64,000 nt of DNA, from IMG/VR virus record IMGVR_UViG_3300038673_000745, positions 11,367 to 75,366 of that record; one strand, written 5' to 3'. The notes under the pieces are model-generated. The model saw only the letters and a program-made list of their open reading frames with translations. It was not told the DNA's origin and did not search any database. The translations under genes and the position numbers were made by a program. Each line of letters starts with the position of its first letter. Within the stretch, counting starts at the first letter, position 1. The stretch comes from a virus. Below are positions 45,897-56,035 of the stretch, one piece after another.

Positions 45897-48800
45897 ATGG
45901 CTGATAAATATCAGGAAGAAATAGAAATAATCTTAAAAGCCAGGGGTCAGCAGGAGGTTAATGAGGAAGCTCAGGATCTTGTAACCGTTTGGCGAAATGC
46001 GTTCCAGTTAGTACAAGATGCAGTTCCTGATATCAATCAATTTTCATCAATACTTACCAACGTTCGGGAATCAATAGCAGGAGGTTTTGATTTTACCGGT
46101 GTAGATTGGTCTGGTTTATTTGATGGAATAGATGAGCAATTAAGCCGTGCATTGGGTAATATAGATTTATCTTTTGATCAACAATGGGATTCGATATTAG
46201 CGGCCATGTTCTCATCCGGTATGAACATGTCAGATCTATCTGCCTTTGTTCATTCACTTGAATCATCAATACAGTCATCGTTAGACGAAATGGATATTGA
46301 GGCCAATATCTCAAATATTGATACATCTCCAATAGATTTTACTCATGCACGAATACAGGAACTGTTTGAAGAGTTCAAAACCGTATCGGGGCTTGGAATA
46401 GACAATATTTTTGATACGGATGCATTGGATTCATTTAGTATGGCCGTATCTGATCTCTCTTCATACCAGTTAGAGAATTTAAAAAAGGTTCTTTGGGATA
46501 TTGGCGGGATTATAAACAATCTGAATGTTGATGAGGTTGTAAAAGATGATGCATTTTCACGGATCCGGTCCTTTGTAGATCTTATTGAAGAGATGGAAAT
46601 ACCAGAGATTGAGGCTCCTGCTTTAGATACAGACCGGTTTTTTGAAAGTTATAATGAGGTAATTGATTACATCAATGAATTGTATGATACATACGATTCG
46701 GGTGGAATCGTATTATTTTCGGCCAATGATATTGTTTCTGAAAAAATACAAAAGGTGCTCGATTCTATCGAGAACGTTGATCCTTCAAGTCTATATACGG
46801 TAATCCATGAACTTGAAAACATAGCAAACACAATAGAATCATCCCAATTCAAATTTGAGATCGATGAGAGTGTTCTTTCACAACTAGAGAATTTTAGACA
46901 ACGAGCGGATGAATTATTATCATTTGACCAAAAAGAGATGGAAATACCGGAGATTGAGGCTCCATCTTTAAATACAGACCGGTTTTTTGAAAGTTATGAT
47001 GAGGTAATTGATTACATCAATACATTGTATGACACATATGATTCTGGTGGAATTGTATTATTCTCGGCAAATGATGTGATTACAGAAAAGATAAAGGATG
47101 TTCTGGATTCGATTGAGAGTGTTGATACTACAAACATGCATGAGGTAAAAAGCGTGCTTGATAATATCTCGGATACACTAGATTCAGCCAGATTTGAATT
47201 TCAGATTGATGATAGTATTATTTCACAACTAGAGAATTTCAGACAGCAGGCAGATGAATTATTATCGTTTGATCAAAATGTAGACAATCTGAAAGATTCG
47301 TTTGACCAATTAAATGATTTAGATGAGGTAAATCCCGAAATTGATTATACTTCTATAGATATCGCGGTACAAAAGATTCAAGGCATATTCAATACGTTTA
47401 AGACCGTAGCGAGTCTTGGAATAGATGATATCTTCAATCCGGACAATCTGGAGTCATTTAGTACAACCATTTCTGATCTCTCCTCAAATCAGTTAGACTA
47501 CCTCAATGAAGCACTTCAGGACATATCGGGCCGGATAAATAATCTAAATATTGATGAGGTTGTAAAAAGCGATGCATTATCCCGGATTCAGTCTTTTATA
47601 GATATTATTGAAGGAGCACAATTAGATCCCATAATTGATGCATTAAATCAGATACGAGAAGAGTTTGATAAACTCGGTGAGTCGGTTGATATCTCTATAG
47701 AAGACCTGTTTGATTCTTCATCAATATTTAATTTTAAAGATGCAATAGCAGATTTAAACAATTCTGATCTTGAACAGTTATATAATCTTTTAAACCAGGT
47801 TGTTGAGAATATTGAGGAGCTAAACATCAATTCATCAATTAAATCCGGAGTTTTGGATCAGTTCAGAGAATATTTAGATATTCTCAATGATGTGAACGAA
47901 GCACAGAACAAAACTGCTACAGAAGGAGGTACGCGGGTTACTCAGTTCCTGGACCGGTACAAATATTCACTGGCTTTAGTTGGTGGAGCACTGGGAGTTA
48001 TCATGGGAATGATGCGGTACTCAACCACCTTTGGATCAGCAATAGATATACTTGGTCAGGCTATTGGGTATCTGGCTGATTCAATTCTGTATCCTCTCCT
48101 TCCGGGGATTATGGAACTGGCGAAGTGGATTATTGGACTTGCAGATTGGTTCAATGAATTACCGGATCCGATAAAACTGGTTATATCTGGATTTGCAACC
48201 CTTGCGGCAGTAATTGCATTGTTTAAAGCATTATCCGGAGTAAATATTTTCAGTTGGTTGAAAAAGTCGTTAGATAGTGTAATGGGATGGCTAGACGAAG
48301 CAATAACGTTATTAAAAGTAAAATTGGCTGCCTGGAATGCAGCTATGGCTGCAGGAGGATTGACCGGAGGACTTGCCTTTGCAGCAGCTGCAGGAGTAGG
48401 GATCCTTCTTGGATTTGCTGCGATTTATGCAATGATACAGACGGGTGTGCTGAACACAATTAGTAAGTTTGGGGATGAGTTTCGAAAAACGCAACCCATG
48501 TTAGCAACTATGGTTACTGCATGGTTAGGTCCAATTGGATTGATTGCAATACCGCTCATAGATGCTGCAGCAGGACAATTTGATCTCATCCCGATGCATA
48601 TGGATCTCGCTTTGAAAATGATAATTGAGTCATGGAGAGTGGTGGCTTTGTCGGTCCTGAACTCAATTACTGATATGGGTATTGCTATTCAGGGATTTAT
48701 CGGTTCGATAGGTTCATTGCTCCAAAACAACCCTTTAACGAAAGGTATGGGGAATGCTCTTGTCGGTTGGGCGGATGAGAACAAAAAGAGATTCGAGGAC

Positions 48801-49868
48801 GAAAAAATTACTATTGAAGGATATATTAAGACAAAACAAAACCTTGTTGACCAGTACCGAAGGATTATCGTGACTGGTTCAAATGTTGAATCTAATGAAG
48901 AAGAGTTTAAACCAGGTTCGTTTTTGCAGGGATTGACATCCGAAGATCAACAGAAATATTATGAACAGTTGGACCTGTTAAAAGAGTTAACCGATTCGAG
49001 TTCTGTTGAAGATATCCTTGCGAATTATAATAATAAGATTCAATCCGGCAATTTAGACGATTCAACCTCTGATATGTCTGAATTCCAAAATGGGTTGATT
49101 AATCTCTCTAAATCATTAGAATCGGGGAGTATTTCCTTTGACGAATACCAGGAAAAATTAAAAGATTTGTCGTATGGATTATCGACTACCAAGGACAAAA
49201 TGGATAGTTTGAATAGTTCCACAAAAACATCTATGGATCTGCTGGATACTAGGTCAAAAACAATTAATCAGGATTCAGGTGGAAATACATCTGTTTCAGA
49301 AGAGAATCTGGTAAATAAACAGAAAGATCTCTTAACTGAACATACTGTTTCACGTCAACAAATAGTCACGAATACAGATGTAATCAAACAGACACAAGAA
49401 GAATTAACAAGTGTGCCCGGACCGGTTACGTATGAGATAGAGTCTCCAGACGTATCATTAACCATTTCAAAGATTCAAACCTGGTGGGACAGTGTTAAAT
49501 CCGGACTCTCATTATCGTTACCATTTAATAACGATATTCAAAACACATTAGATTTCTCAGTCATCACTCCGGATGTTGATCTCACTGTGTCGAAAATTCA
49601 GTCCTGGTGGGACGATGTAAAAGGAGGTCTGTCTCTATCTGCTCCGGTCCAAACACCTGATATTGGATCATCACAGATTCCCTTACCTTCATCTCCCGTA
49701 CCAACCAACGAAAATAAAACAGTGATCATTCAGAACCAGCAGCAGAATACAGATTCTAAACCTGGTAATGTATACATTACAATTCAGGGGTATCAAAAAG
49801 ATGCGAGACAACTGGCTGATGAAATCGCTAAAATATGGGAATCCAGGACCAGAGGTTCAAGGATTTAA
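45897..49868 (+). CDS. tape measure protein
   Basis: ~1320 aa, starts MADKYQEEIEIILKARG, helical, hydrophobic A/G/L-rich middle, C-terminal NVYITIQG...LADEIAKIW; start 31 nt after the promoter motif. Confidence 0.88.
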   Translation: MADKYQEEIEIILKARGQQEVNEEAQDLVTVWRNAFQLVQDAVPDINQFSSILTNVRESIAGGFDFTGVDWSGLFDGIDEQLSRALGNIDLSFDQQWDSILAAMFSSGMNMSDLSAFVHSLESSIQSSLDEMDIEANISNIDTSPIDFTHARIQELFEEFKTVSGLGIDNIFDTDALDSFSMAVSDLSSYQLENLKKVLWDIGGIINNLNVDEVVKDDAFSRIRSFVDLIEEMEIPEIEAPALDTDRFFESYNEVIDYINELYDTYDSGGIVLFSANDIVSEKIQKVLDSIENVDPSSLYTVIHELENIANTIESSQFKFEIDESVLSQLENFRQRADELLSFDQKEMEIPEIEAPSLNTDRFFESYDEVIDYINTLYDTYDSGGIVLFSANDVITEKIKDVLDSIESVDTTNMHEVKSVLDNISDTLDSARFEFQIDDSIISQLENFRQQADELLSFDQNVDNLKDSFDQLNDLDEVNPEIDYTSIDIAVQKIQGIFNTFKTVASLGIDDIFNPDNLESFSTTISDLSSNQLDYLNEALQDISGRINNLNIDEVVKSDALSRIQSFIDIIEGAQLDPIIDALNQIREEFDKLGESVDISIEDLFDSSSIFNFKDAIADLNNSDLEQLYNLLNQVVENIEELNINSSIKSGVLDQFREYLDILNDVNEAQNKTATEGGTRVTQFLDRYKYSLALVGGALGVIMGMMRYSTTFGSAIDILGQAIGYLADSILYPLLPGIMELAKWIIGLADWFNELPDPIKLVISGFATLAAVIALFKALSGVNIFSWLKKSLDSVMGWLDEAITLLKVKLAAWNAAMAAGGLTGGLAFAAAAGVGILLGFAAIYAMIQTGVLNTISKFGDEFRKTQPMLATMVTAWLGPIGLIAIPLIDAAAGQFDLIPMHMDLALKMIIESWRVVALSVLNSITDMGIAIQGFIGSIGSLLQNNPLTKGMGNALVGWADENKKRFEDEKITIEGYIKTKQNLVDQYRRIIVTGSNVESNEEEFKPGSFLQGLTSEDQQKYYEQLDLLKELTDSSSVEDILANYNNKIQSGNLDDSTSDMSEFQNGLINLSKSLESGSISFDEYQEKLKDLSYGLSTTKDKMDSLNSSTKTSMDLLDTRSKTINQDSGGNTSVSEENLVNKQKDLLTEHTVSRQQIVTNTDVIKQTQEELTSVPGPVTYEIESPDVSLTISKIQTWWDSVKSGLSLSLPFNNDIQNTLDFSVITPDVDLTVSKIQSWWDDVKGGLSLSAPVQTPDIGSSQIPLPSSPVPTNENKTVIIQNQQQNTDSKPGNVYITIQGYQKDARQLADEIAKIWESRTRGSRI
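46590..47279 (+). repeat. tandem 345-nt (115-aa) duplication inside the tape measure gene
   Basis: EMEIPEIEAP...ADELLSFDQ occurs twice, starting at 46590 and 46935. Confidence 0.9.
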
Positions 49869-50845
49869 AATATATTCATATTTTTCATAAACAATTCAAT
49901 AACCTGATCCATATCTTCATATTTACCTCCCGGAGAAACATAATTGAGTTGAATAATTTTATCTCCAGTGTTGATAAACCCATCAATGGATAACGATTGA
50001 TAATCGGAAAATTTTATAATATACGCAGGAAATCCGCTTATTGTTGTTTTTTCTCGGTCCAGATTGAATTTCTGACCCGTTAGTAAACCCATCCCTCGAA
50101 CACTTCTGTATTGATTAAAAATTGAATCTATATATTCATCGAAATCATAATTAGCCGCTTCATAATCCGTAATTATGTCTAAACTCATACCCCTCGATGA
50201 GTCAGATAATGTCACTTTGTTATCAGTGGTTAATGCGATAAGTTGAGCTCTTTTTTGAGGATCTTTTTCAAATGAAAATTGATCATTTGTATTTGTGTCA
50301 AAAACAGACCAATATTTTGGATATGCGATACGATATCCTTCTGATGGATTTTCATAGAATGCGATATTGCTATCCTCATTTGTTTGCGTTTGGACCGGGC
50401 TTACCAATTGAGACCGTGATTGAAGGGATGATTGATCCGGTCCTTGTGTAAATCCAATTACAGCCATTGATATTATACCCATTATAAAAAAAATACCTAA
50501 TATTGTTAAGAATGTTGAAATAATTGACTTATTAGGAGAGTTATATTTTTCTTGATGTGGCGATGCTTTTAAAGAGTGATTATTTAACCTTTCAAGAATT
50601 TTTTGATATTTTGGATTTGTTGGATCAAATTTGATTGCGTTTTCAATGTTTTTTTTCATAAGATTAAAATCATTAATCTTGTAATAACAACTTGAGAGAG
50701 CATAATATACCTTAGAATTCTCGGGAAATAAAAAGAGGGCTTTGTCAAAACATCGAATTGCAGCCCAATAATTATATTTTTTGTAATTATTAATTCCCTT
50801 TTTGAATAATTTTTCAAATTTAATCTTTTTATTATTGAACTCCAT
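49865..50845 (-). CDS. TPR + TM + PsbP-like membrane protein (moron)
   Basis: N-terminal TPR helices (AAIRCFDKALFLFPENSKVYYALS), TM FLTILGIFFIMGIISMAVIGF, YENPSEGYRIAYPKYW...TTISGFPAY PsbP-like domain; AT-rich. Confidence 0.75.
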   Translation of the reverse strand: MEFNNKKIKFEKLFKKGINNYKKYNYWAAIRCFDKALFLFPENSKVYYALSSCYYKINDFNLMKKNIENAIKFDPTNPKYQKILERLNNHSLKASPHQEKYNSPNKSIISTFLTILGIFFIMGIISMAVIGFTQGPDQSSLQSRSQLVSPVQTQTNEDSNIAFYENPSEGYRIAYPKYWSVFDTNTNDQFSFEKDPQKRAQLIALTTDNKVTLSDSSRGMSLDIITDYEAANYDFDEYIDSIFNQYRSVRGMGLLTGQKFNLDREKTTISGFPAYIIKFSDYQSLSIDGFINTGDKIIQLNYVSPGGKYEDMDQVIELFMKNMNIF

Positions 50846-51056
50846 ATTCTATTGCACATACAACATGCAACACAATAAATGTATCGAACCGCAAGAGTTA
50901 TTTATTTGCATGGAGATTTATTAAAAAGAGCATTAATTCAGAGATATCTTTTGTGTATAGCATTATCTAGTTTATATTAATGTTTCATCATAATTTTTTT
51001 AGATTATAATTCCTGTTTATTAGATCTCATTTGCTAATAGATAATTTGTAAAGCCT

Positions 51057-51233
51057 ATGGCAAGACAACGAAGTAAACCGCAGGTCAATAAATACGGAAC
51101 CCTGTATTTTAACGTGACCGTTCCTGAAGAGCTTGCAGAACAGACAATTTCATTGTTTAATGCAGGGTATGATCCGAACGATATGATAAAAGAAGGTATC
51201 CGCGTTCTCCATAAGAGGGAGATGACTGTATGA
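51057..51233 (+). CDS. small RHH-like regulator (58 aa, not in ORF track)
   Basis: YFNVTVPEELAEQ...NDMIKEGIRVL; ATGA-coupled to the next gene. Confidence 0.55.
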   Translation: MARQRSKPQVNKYGTLYFNVTVPEELAEQTISLFNAGYDPNDMIKEGIRVLHKREMTV

Positions 51234-52147
51234 GTATAAAGAGGAACAATGCCGGAACCCTTGACCCGACCAAAGGCAATAAGGAACCGGCGCAAACTAA
51301 TTTGATTGCTACACGGAAAAAGGAAGCGTATGAGATCCTGTATGATGAGTACCTGGGAGAGATGATCCCATATGTCGTCCACGAAGGGAAAAAAAGGTAT
51401 CCGGTAAATGCAATTGGCCGTTTGTTTGGATATGATGAAAAACATGAAACCCAATTATATGAGCGGAATAAGGAAATACTCAAAGATAATGCTTATCCCC
51501 TCAAGATTGGGGGAAAAGAACGTGCGACTTTAATTTGGTGTGTTGACTCCATAGGGTTGTTAATTTTGACAGGGAGGGCTGATATGAAAAGACTTCCTGA
51601 AAAACGAATTAATACCGTTATTAAGATTGTTCAGATGATGGCTGAATCTACAGATATGCGGTTGAAAGGAGATCTCATCCCACGATCTGAAGTAGAGAAT
51701 ATGATAGATGTAGGCTCCATCAAAGATGATCCAAAATCTATTCAGGGGGATAATAGTCTTCGGCGGGCACTATTCATTAAAAAAGTAAATGAGGCTCATC
51801 CATCCTCTCCAAATACGGTGAATAGATTAAAAGATCTCTCTCATAATGATCAAGCATTGCTCTTTGGTCCTGGCGTCCCGTTTGAAGCAGGCAAGCATAA
51901 AAAATATTCAAAAGATGTTGCGAAGAAAGACTCCGCTCAAAAGATGGTATCATTCGCTGCAATCGCGTGCGGAAAGATTGAGATGAATGATATCAACCGG
52001 TTTGAGCGGGAAGTATTCCGTGGACTCCCTGAACAATATATCCCAGATCATCTGAATGATATGATCGAATCAACACGGCAATCAACTCTTTTAGAATCCG
52101 GAAATGATTCTGGCAAACAATATTTGTTAGAGAACATAGACAATTAA
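51230..52147 (+). CDS. antirepressor/Bro-like putative DNA-binding protein
   Basis: PYVVHEGKKRYPVNAIGRLFGY; same two-gene layout as 4597/4760 and 15538/15729. Confidence 0.45.
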   Translation: MSIKRNNAGTLDPTKGNKEPAQTNLIATRKKEAYEILYDEYLGEMIPYVVHEGKKRYPVNAIGRLFGYDEKHETQLYERNKEILKDNAYPLKIGGKERATLIWCVDSIGLLILTGRADMKRLPEKRINTVIKIVQMMAESTDMRLKGDLIPRSEVENMIDVGSIKDDPKSIQGDNSLRRALFIKKVNEAHPSSPNTVNRLKDLSHNDQALLFGPGVPFEAGKHKKYSKDVAKKDSAQKMVSFAAIACGKIEMNDINRFEREVFRGLPEQYIPDHLNDMIESTRQSTLLESGNDSGKQYLLENIDN

Positions 52148-52203
52148 TCCCTCCCTCCTCTTTTCCTGTTTATTATCTCTCACAACTATATACACCTCAA
52201 CGG

Positions 52204-52647
52204 ATGGCAAATTCAAAAATCTATTTGGAGGTTCAAGGACACACAATTCCTTTTCCGGGAGCTCATGTAAATAGAAGACTCAATAAGGACTTAACTCTCA
52301 TCAACCTTCCATATTTTGAAAATACAAAAACAGGAGGAACAATAGGCCGGGATCTTCTCCGGGTTGAAGATACGTTTACTGTTGATGGAATTTGGGAAGA
52401 TGATAATGAGATATCGCCACGATATGACGGATGGCCTACATTTGGCCGGTATCAGTTAGTATGTGCATTAGCCAAACAGAAACGGATAGTCTGTTCATTT
52501 GTCTGGCATCATTTGACATATTCTTGTGTACTAAAAAAATTTGTGTTTATCAAACATTCCGGACAATCAAATGACGGTTCATATTCGTTAACTCTGATTG
52601 TTGTGACCGATGACCCGACACAGAAGGAGGAGAAACTTTGGCTGTAA
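52204..52647 (+). CDS. distal tail/baseplate-proximal protein (Dit-like) 1
   Basis: Synteny; RDLLRVEDTFTVDGIWEDD resembles the next gene. Confidence 0.5.
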   Translation: MANSKIYLEVQGHTIPFPGAHVNRRLNKDLTLINLPYFENTKTGGTIGRDLLRVEDTFTVDGIWEDDNEISPRYDGWPTFGRYQLVCALAKQKRIVCSFVWHHLTYSCVLKKFVFIKHSGQSNDGSYSLTLIVVTDDPTQKEEKLWL

Positions 52648-53081
52648 TTGATTCTCCGGTTTTAACTTTGAAGTCATGGCCGAAACAACAATCTCCAGCT
52701 GTAGTTTTAGCAATATTTTATTTTCCGGGATGTTCTGTTGAACGCGGAGTAGACAAGGATATCCGGCTTATAAAAATGTCTGGGATTACACGGGCAAATG
52801 ATATGTTACGAACAGATGATTCGTTTCGGATATATGGAACATGGTTAAATGACGATGATGGCAGATTTGATAATTCAACCACCATTGATCGTGTAGAGTC
52901 TCTATACTCCCTATGCAAAAACAAAGAGTTGTACGGGTCATTAACCTGGGGAGATAAGACCTATTCGGAGACTCTGATATTATTGCCTCATACTCTTGAT
53001 TGTGACCAGGAGCCCGGTAATGTCGGTATGTTCGGATATAATTTCCTGTTCGCCGTGTTGACGAAGGAGCCAAGTGCATGA
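52638..53081 (+). CDS. distal tail/baseplate-proximal protein (Dit-like) 2
   Basis: NDMLRTDDSFRIYGTWLND; paralog of the previous gene. Confidence 0.5.
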   Translation: MAVIDSPVLTLKSWPKQQSPAVVLAIFYFPGCSVERGVDKDIRLIKMSGITRANDMLRTDDSFRIYGTWLNDDDGRFDNSTTIDRVESLYSLCKNKELYGSLTWGDKTYSETLILLPHTLDCDQEPGNVGMFGYNFLFAVLTKEPSA

Positions 53082-56035
53082 CGTTTCCAGATGATTGGAG
53101 ATATTATAAAACACATCAGATCACTCATGATACTGAACTGGTTGATTATCAGGTAAAGATCCTGGTTGATTCAGGGGCCGGATCATCATCCGGAAATACA
53201 GTCTATCTTGGATCCAATTGTAAAACTGATTTCGGGGATATTCGATTTACTGATGATGATGAGAATGAATACCCGTACTGGTTAGAATCTGTTACTGGAA
53301 CCATAGCAGTATTCTGGGTTAAGATTGGATCTATTGATTCTGATTCTCTTATTCGAATATATTACGGGAATCAAGATGCTGAAACAACCAGTGATGGGGA
53401 TAACACATTCATTTTCTTTGATCATTTTGATGGTTCTTCGATTAACTCATTAAAATGGACTGTTGAAAAGAAAGGTAGTGCATCGGCGATTGCTCAAGTC
53501 AATGGAAGCAGTATCCTTCAACTATCCGGGGCAAATGGAGTCACATCAAGCGCAAATTTAATATCAGTTTTAACATTTGCTCAACCATTCGTGGTTGAAA
53601 TCCGAGAACAAATCAACACTACAAACGGAGCATATGCAGACACGTCCTTTGGATTAACAACAACATTACAGGATTTAGATGGAGTTGGAACAAACTATTG
53701 GAACACATCTTTAGGGAACAGTTACATCTTTACTCCCGGTTATAATTCGAATGGGGCACTGTTCAGAAGCCCATTAGGGCTGGCATACGTTAAGTGTGGG
53801 AACATGTCCGGGAGAATATTTCCAGCTGCAAATACCTATTATCGAAATAAATATCTAAAAACGTCAACAGGTATACAATTCATCCGGGATGGGATTACAT
53901 ATGGATCTGCAACCGATGCGACATATACAGGTCCGTTTTATATATGCTTGAACCAGGGAGAGTATGGTGGTGGTAGTAGTTATGCAGGATACCGGAACAT
54001 CGATTATATTTTAGTCCGGAATTATTCTGCTACTGAACCAACACACGGAGAATGGTCAGAAGAACAGTTAACTGGCCCTCAAATCTCTGTGAATTATAAT
54101 CCTGGGTTTGTAGATGAAATATTACAGTTCTCTGCTGATTCGGGTTCGTACACCTATGCCTGGGATTTCGGAGATGGTGAAACGTCAACTGACCGGAATG
54201 TCTCTCATTCCTATTCAGGGCCGGACACGTATACAGTCACGTGTGTCATCACTGCATTAGATCTCTCTGCATCCTGGACAAAAACAATATCATTACTGAT
54301 TCAGGCGTTTGAAATCACTGCAGACCCATCACCAGGATATTCTGACGAGGTAGTATCATTTTCTGTTCCGGATTGGGGTGAATCGCATTACTGGCAATTT
54401 GGTGACGGATATGATTCATATCTCCAGAACCCGGACCATGTGTATTCAACCCCTGGAACCTTTGATGTAACCTGTACTGCATGTGATGAGGTAGCATCAC
54501 GGTTTATTACTGCATCAGTATCTCTTATAATTCTTAAAAATAGGGCACAGTTAATTACAGATTTTTATGCAAAACCGCGATATGGAGTTCTGCCTTTATC
54601 GGTTATGTTCATCCCGGAAATATCAGATACCATCATCAGTACATCCTGGGATTTTGGTGATGGTGATACCTCTACGGTTCTCTATCCGGTCCATGAATAT
54701 ACAAACCCTCAATCCTATACCGTAAAACTCACGGTATCTGATGGAACAAACACAAAAACACTCATTAAAGAGAATTATGTATATGTCGCATCGTTAGATA
54801 TCCCAAAAGCAGGATACACTCACAATCTCACCGGAAATTCAGGATTAGTTCCCGCGACGGTTCAGTTTACCGATGCATCTACCGGAACAATTACAGAATC
54901 AGAATGGGATTTTGGCGACGGAGCTACTTCTACCAGTCAGAACCCTGTTCACGTGTATGCCCGGTCAGGATACTATTTTGTCAAACGAATTGTACGGAAC
55001 GCTGATTGGGAAGACGAATCCTTACAATTGTTTTATATCCGTCCACGTCTTCCCACTATCCGGATACATACTGATATTACATCCGGTTTATCTCCATTAA
55101 CGGTATCATTTACTCCAATAATAATAGGGTTGTACACCCGGCTGTTGTGGGATTTTGATGATGATACAACTTCAACGGACCTGAACCCGGAACATACCTA
55201 TTCTGTCCCTGGCACGTATACCGTTACTCTGACGGTCTGGAACACTACTGTACAACAATATTCGATATCTACAACTACTACCATACAGGTCATTGATCCT
55301 GCATTATATCCGGCAGCTGCATTTTCGGCAGATGTAACAACCGGAGAGGTGCCATTAACGGCAACATTCTCCGACGAATCATCCCTTGCTGAATCCTGGT
55401 TATGGGATTTTGGTGATGGTACAACTTCAACGGACCTGAACCCGGAACATACCTATTCTGTCCCTGGAACCTATACCGTTACTCTGACGGTTACAAATAC
55501 ATATGGATCGGATATAGAAACAAAGACCGGATATATCATTGCAGGAGCGGATCCAGTCTCTGCATTCGAGGTTGATTCGGACATTAATTATCTGTCTCAT
55601 GAGTTTTCGTTTGTGGACCGGTCCTTATACATTCCATCGTCATGGTTATGGGATTTTGATGATGGTACGATTTCAACCGACCAGAACCCGGAGCACACTT
55701 TTTCTGCAGCAAGAAGTTATTGGGTTACTCTGACGGTTACAAATACATATGGATCGTCAACAATCGGGAGAGATATCACGGTCATTTCAAACGGTGAACC
55801 GCTTCCATCGTTCACATGGTCCACGATTCAGACAAAGGCACCATATGTTGTGCAATTTACCGACACATCTACCGGAACAATTACATCAAGAGTATGGGAT
55901 TTTGGCGATGGTGAGACATCAACCGATGAGAACCCGGAACATACCTATCTGTTCTCAGGACGGTATGTTGTTTCATTAACGGTTATCACAACAACTACAA
56001 CCGTTCGTGCGGTACAGGAGATAATCCATGATTGA
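53078..56035 (+). CDS. DUF2341 + lectin-like + 8 PKD-domain adhesin
   Basis: DYQVKI...CKTDFGDIRFTD...YPYWLE...VFWVKI...IYYGN...FIFFDHF; eight W[DQ]F[GD]D[GD] PKD cores. Confidence 0.85.
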   Translation: MTFPDDWRYYKTHQITHDTELVDYQVKILVDSGAGSSSGNTVYLGSNCKTDFGDIRFTDDDENEYPYWLESVTGTIAVFWVKIGSIDSDSLIRIYYGNQDAETTSDGDNTFIFFDHFDGSSINSLKWTVEKKGSASAIAQVNGSSILQLSGANGVTSSANLISVLTFAQPFVVEIREQINTTNGAYADTSFGLTTTLQDLDGVGTNYWNTSLGNSYIFTPGYNSNGALFRSPLGLAYVKCGNMSGRIFPAANTYYRNKYLKTSTGIQFIRDGITYGSATDATYTGPFYICLNQGEYGGGSSYAGYRNIDYILVRNYSATEPTHGEWSEEQLTGPQISVNYNPGFVDEILQFSADSGSYTYAWDFGDGETSTDRNVSHSYSGPDTYTVTCVITALDLSASWTKTISLLIQAFEITADPSPGYSDEVVSFSVPDWGESHYWQFGDGYDSYLQNPDHVYSTPGTFDVTCTACDEVASRFITASVSLIILKNRAQLITDFYAKPRYGVLPLSVMFIPEISDTIISTSWDFGDGDTSTVLYPVHEYTNPQSYTVKLTVSDGTNTKTLIKENYVYVASLDIPKAGYTHNLTGNSGLVPATVQFTDASTGTITESEWDFGDGATSTSQNPVHVYARSGYYFVKRIVRNADWEDESLQLFYIRPRLPTIRIHTDITSGLSPLTVSFTPIIIGLYTRLLWDFDDDTTSTDLNPEHTYSVPGTYTVTLTVWNTTVQQYSISTTTTIQVIDPALYPAAAFSADVTTGEVPLTATFSDESSLAESWLWDFGDGTTSTDLNPEHTYSVPGTYTVTLTVTNTYGSDIETKTGYIIAGADPVSAFEVDSDINYLSHEFSFVDRSLYIPSSWLWDFDDGTISTDQNPEHTFSAARSYWVTLTVTNTYGSSTIGRDITVISNGEPLPSFTWSTIQTKAPYVVQFTDTSTGTITSRVWDFGDGETSTDENPEHTYLFSGRYVVSLTVITTTTTVRAVQEIIHD

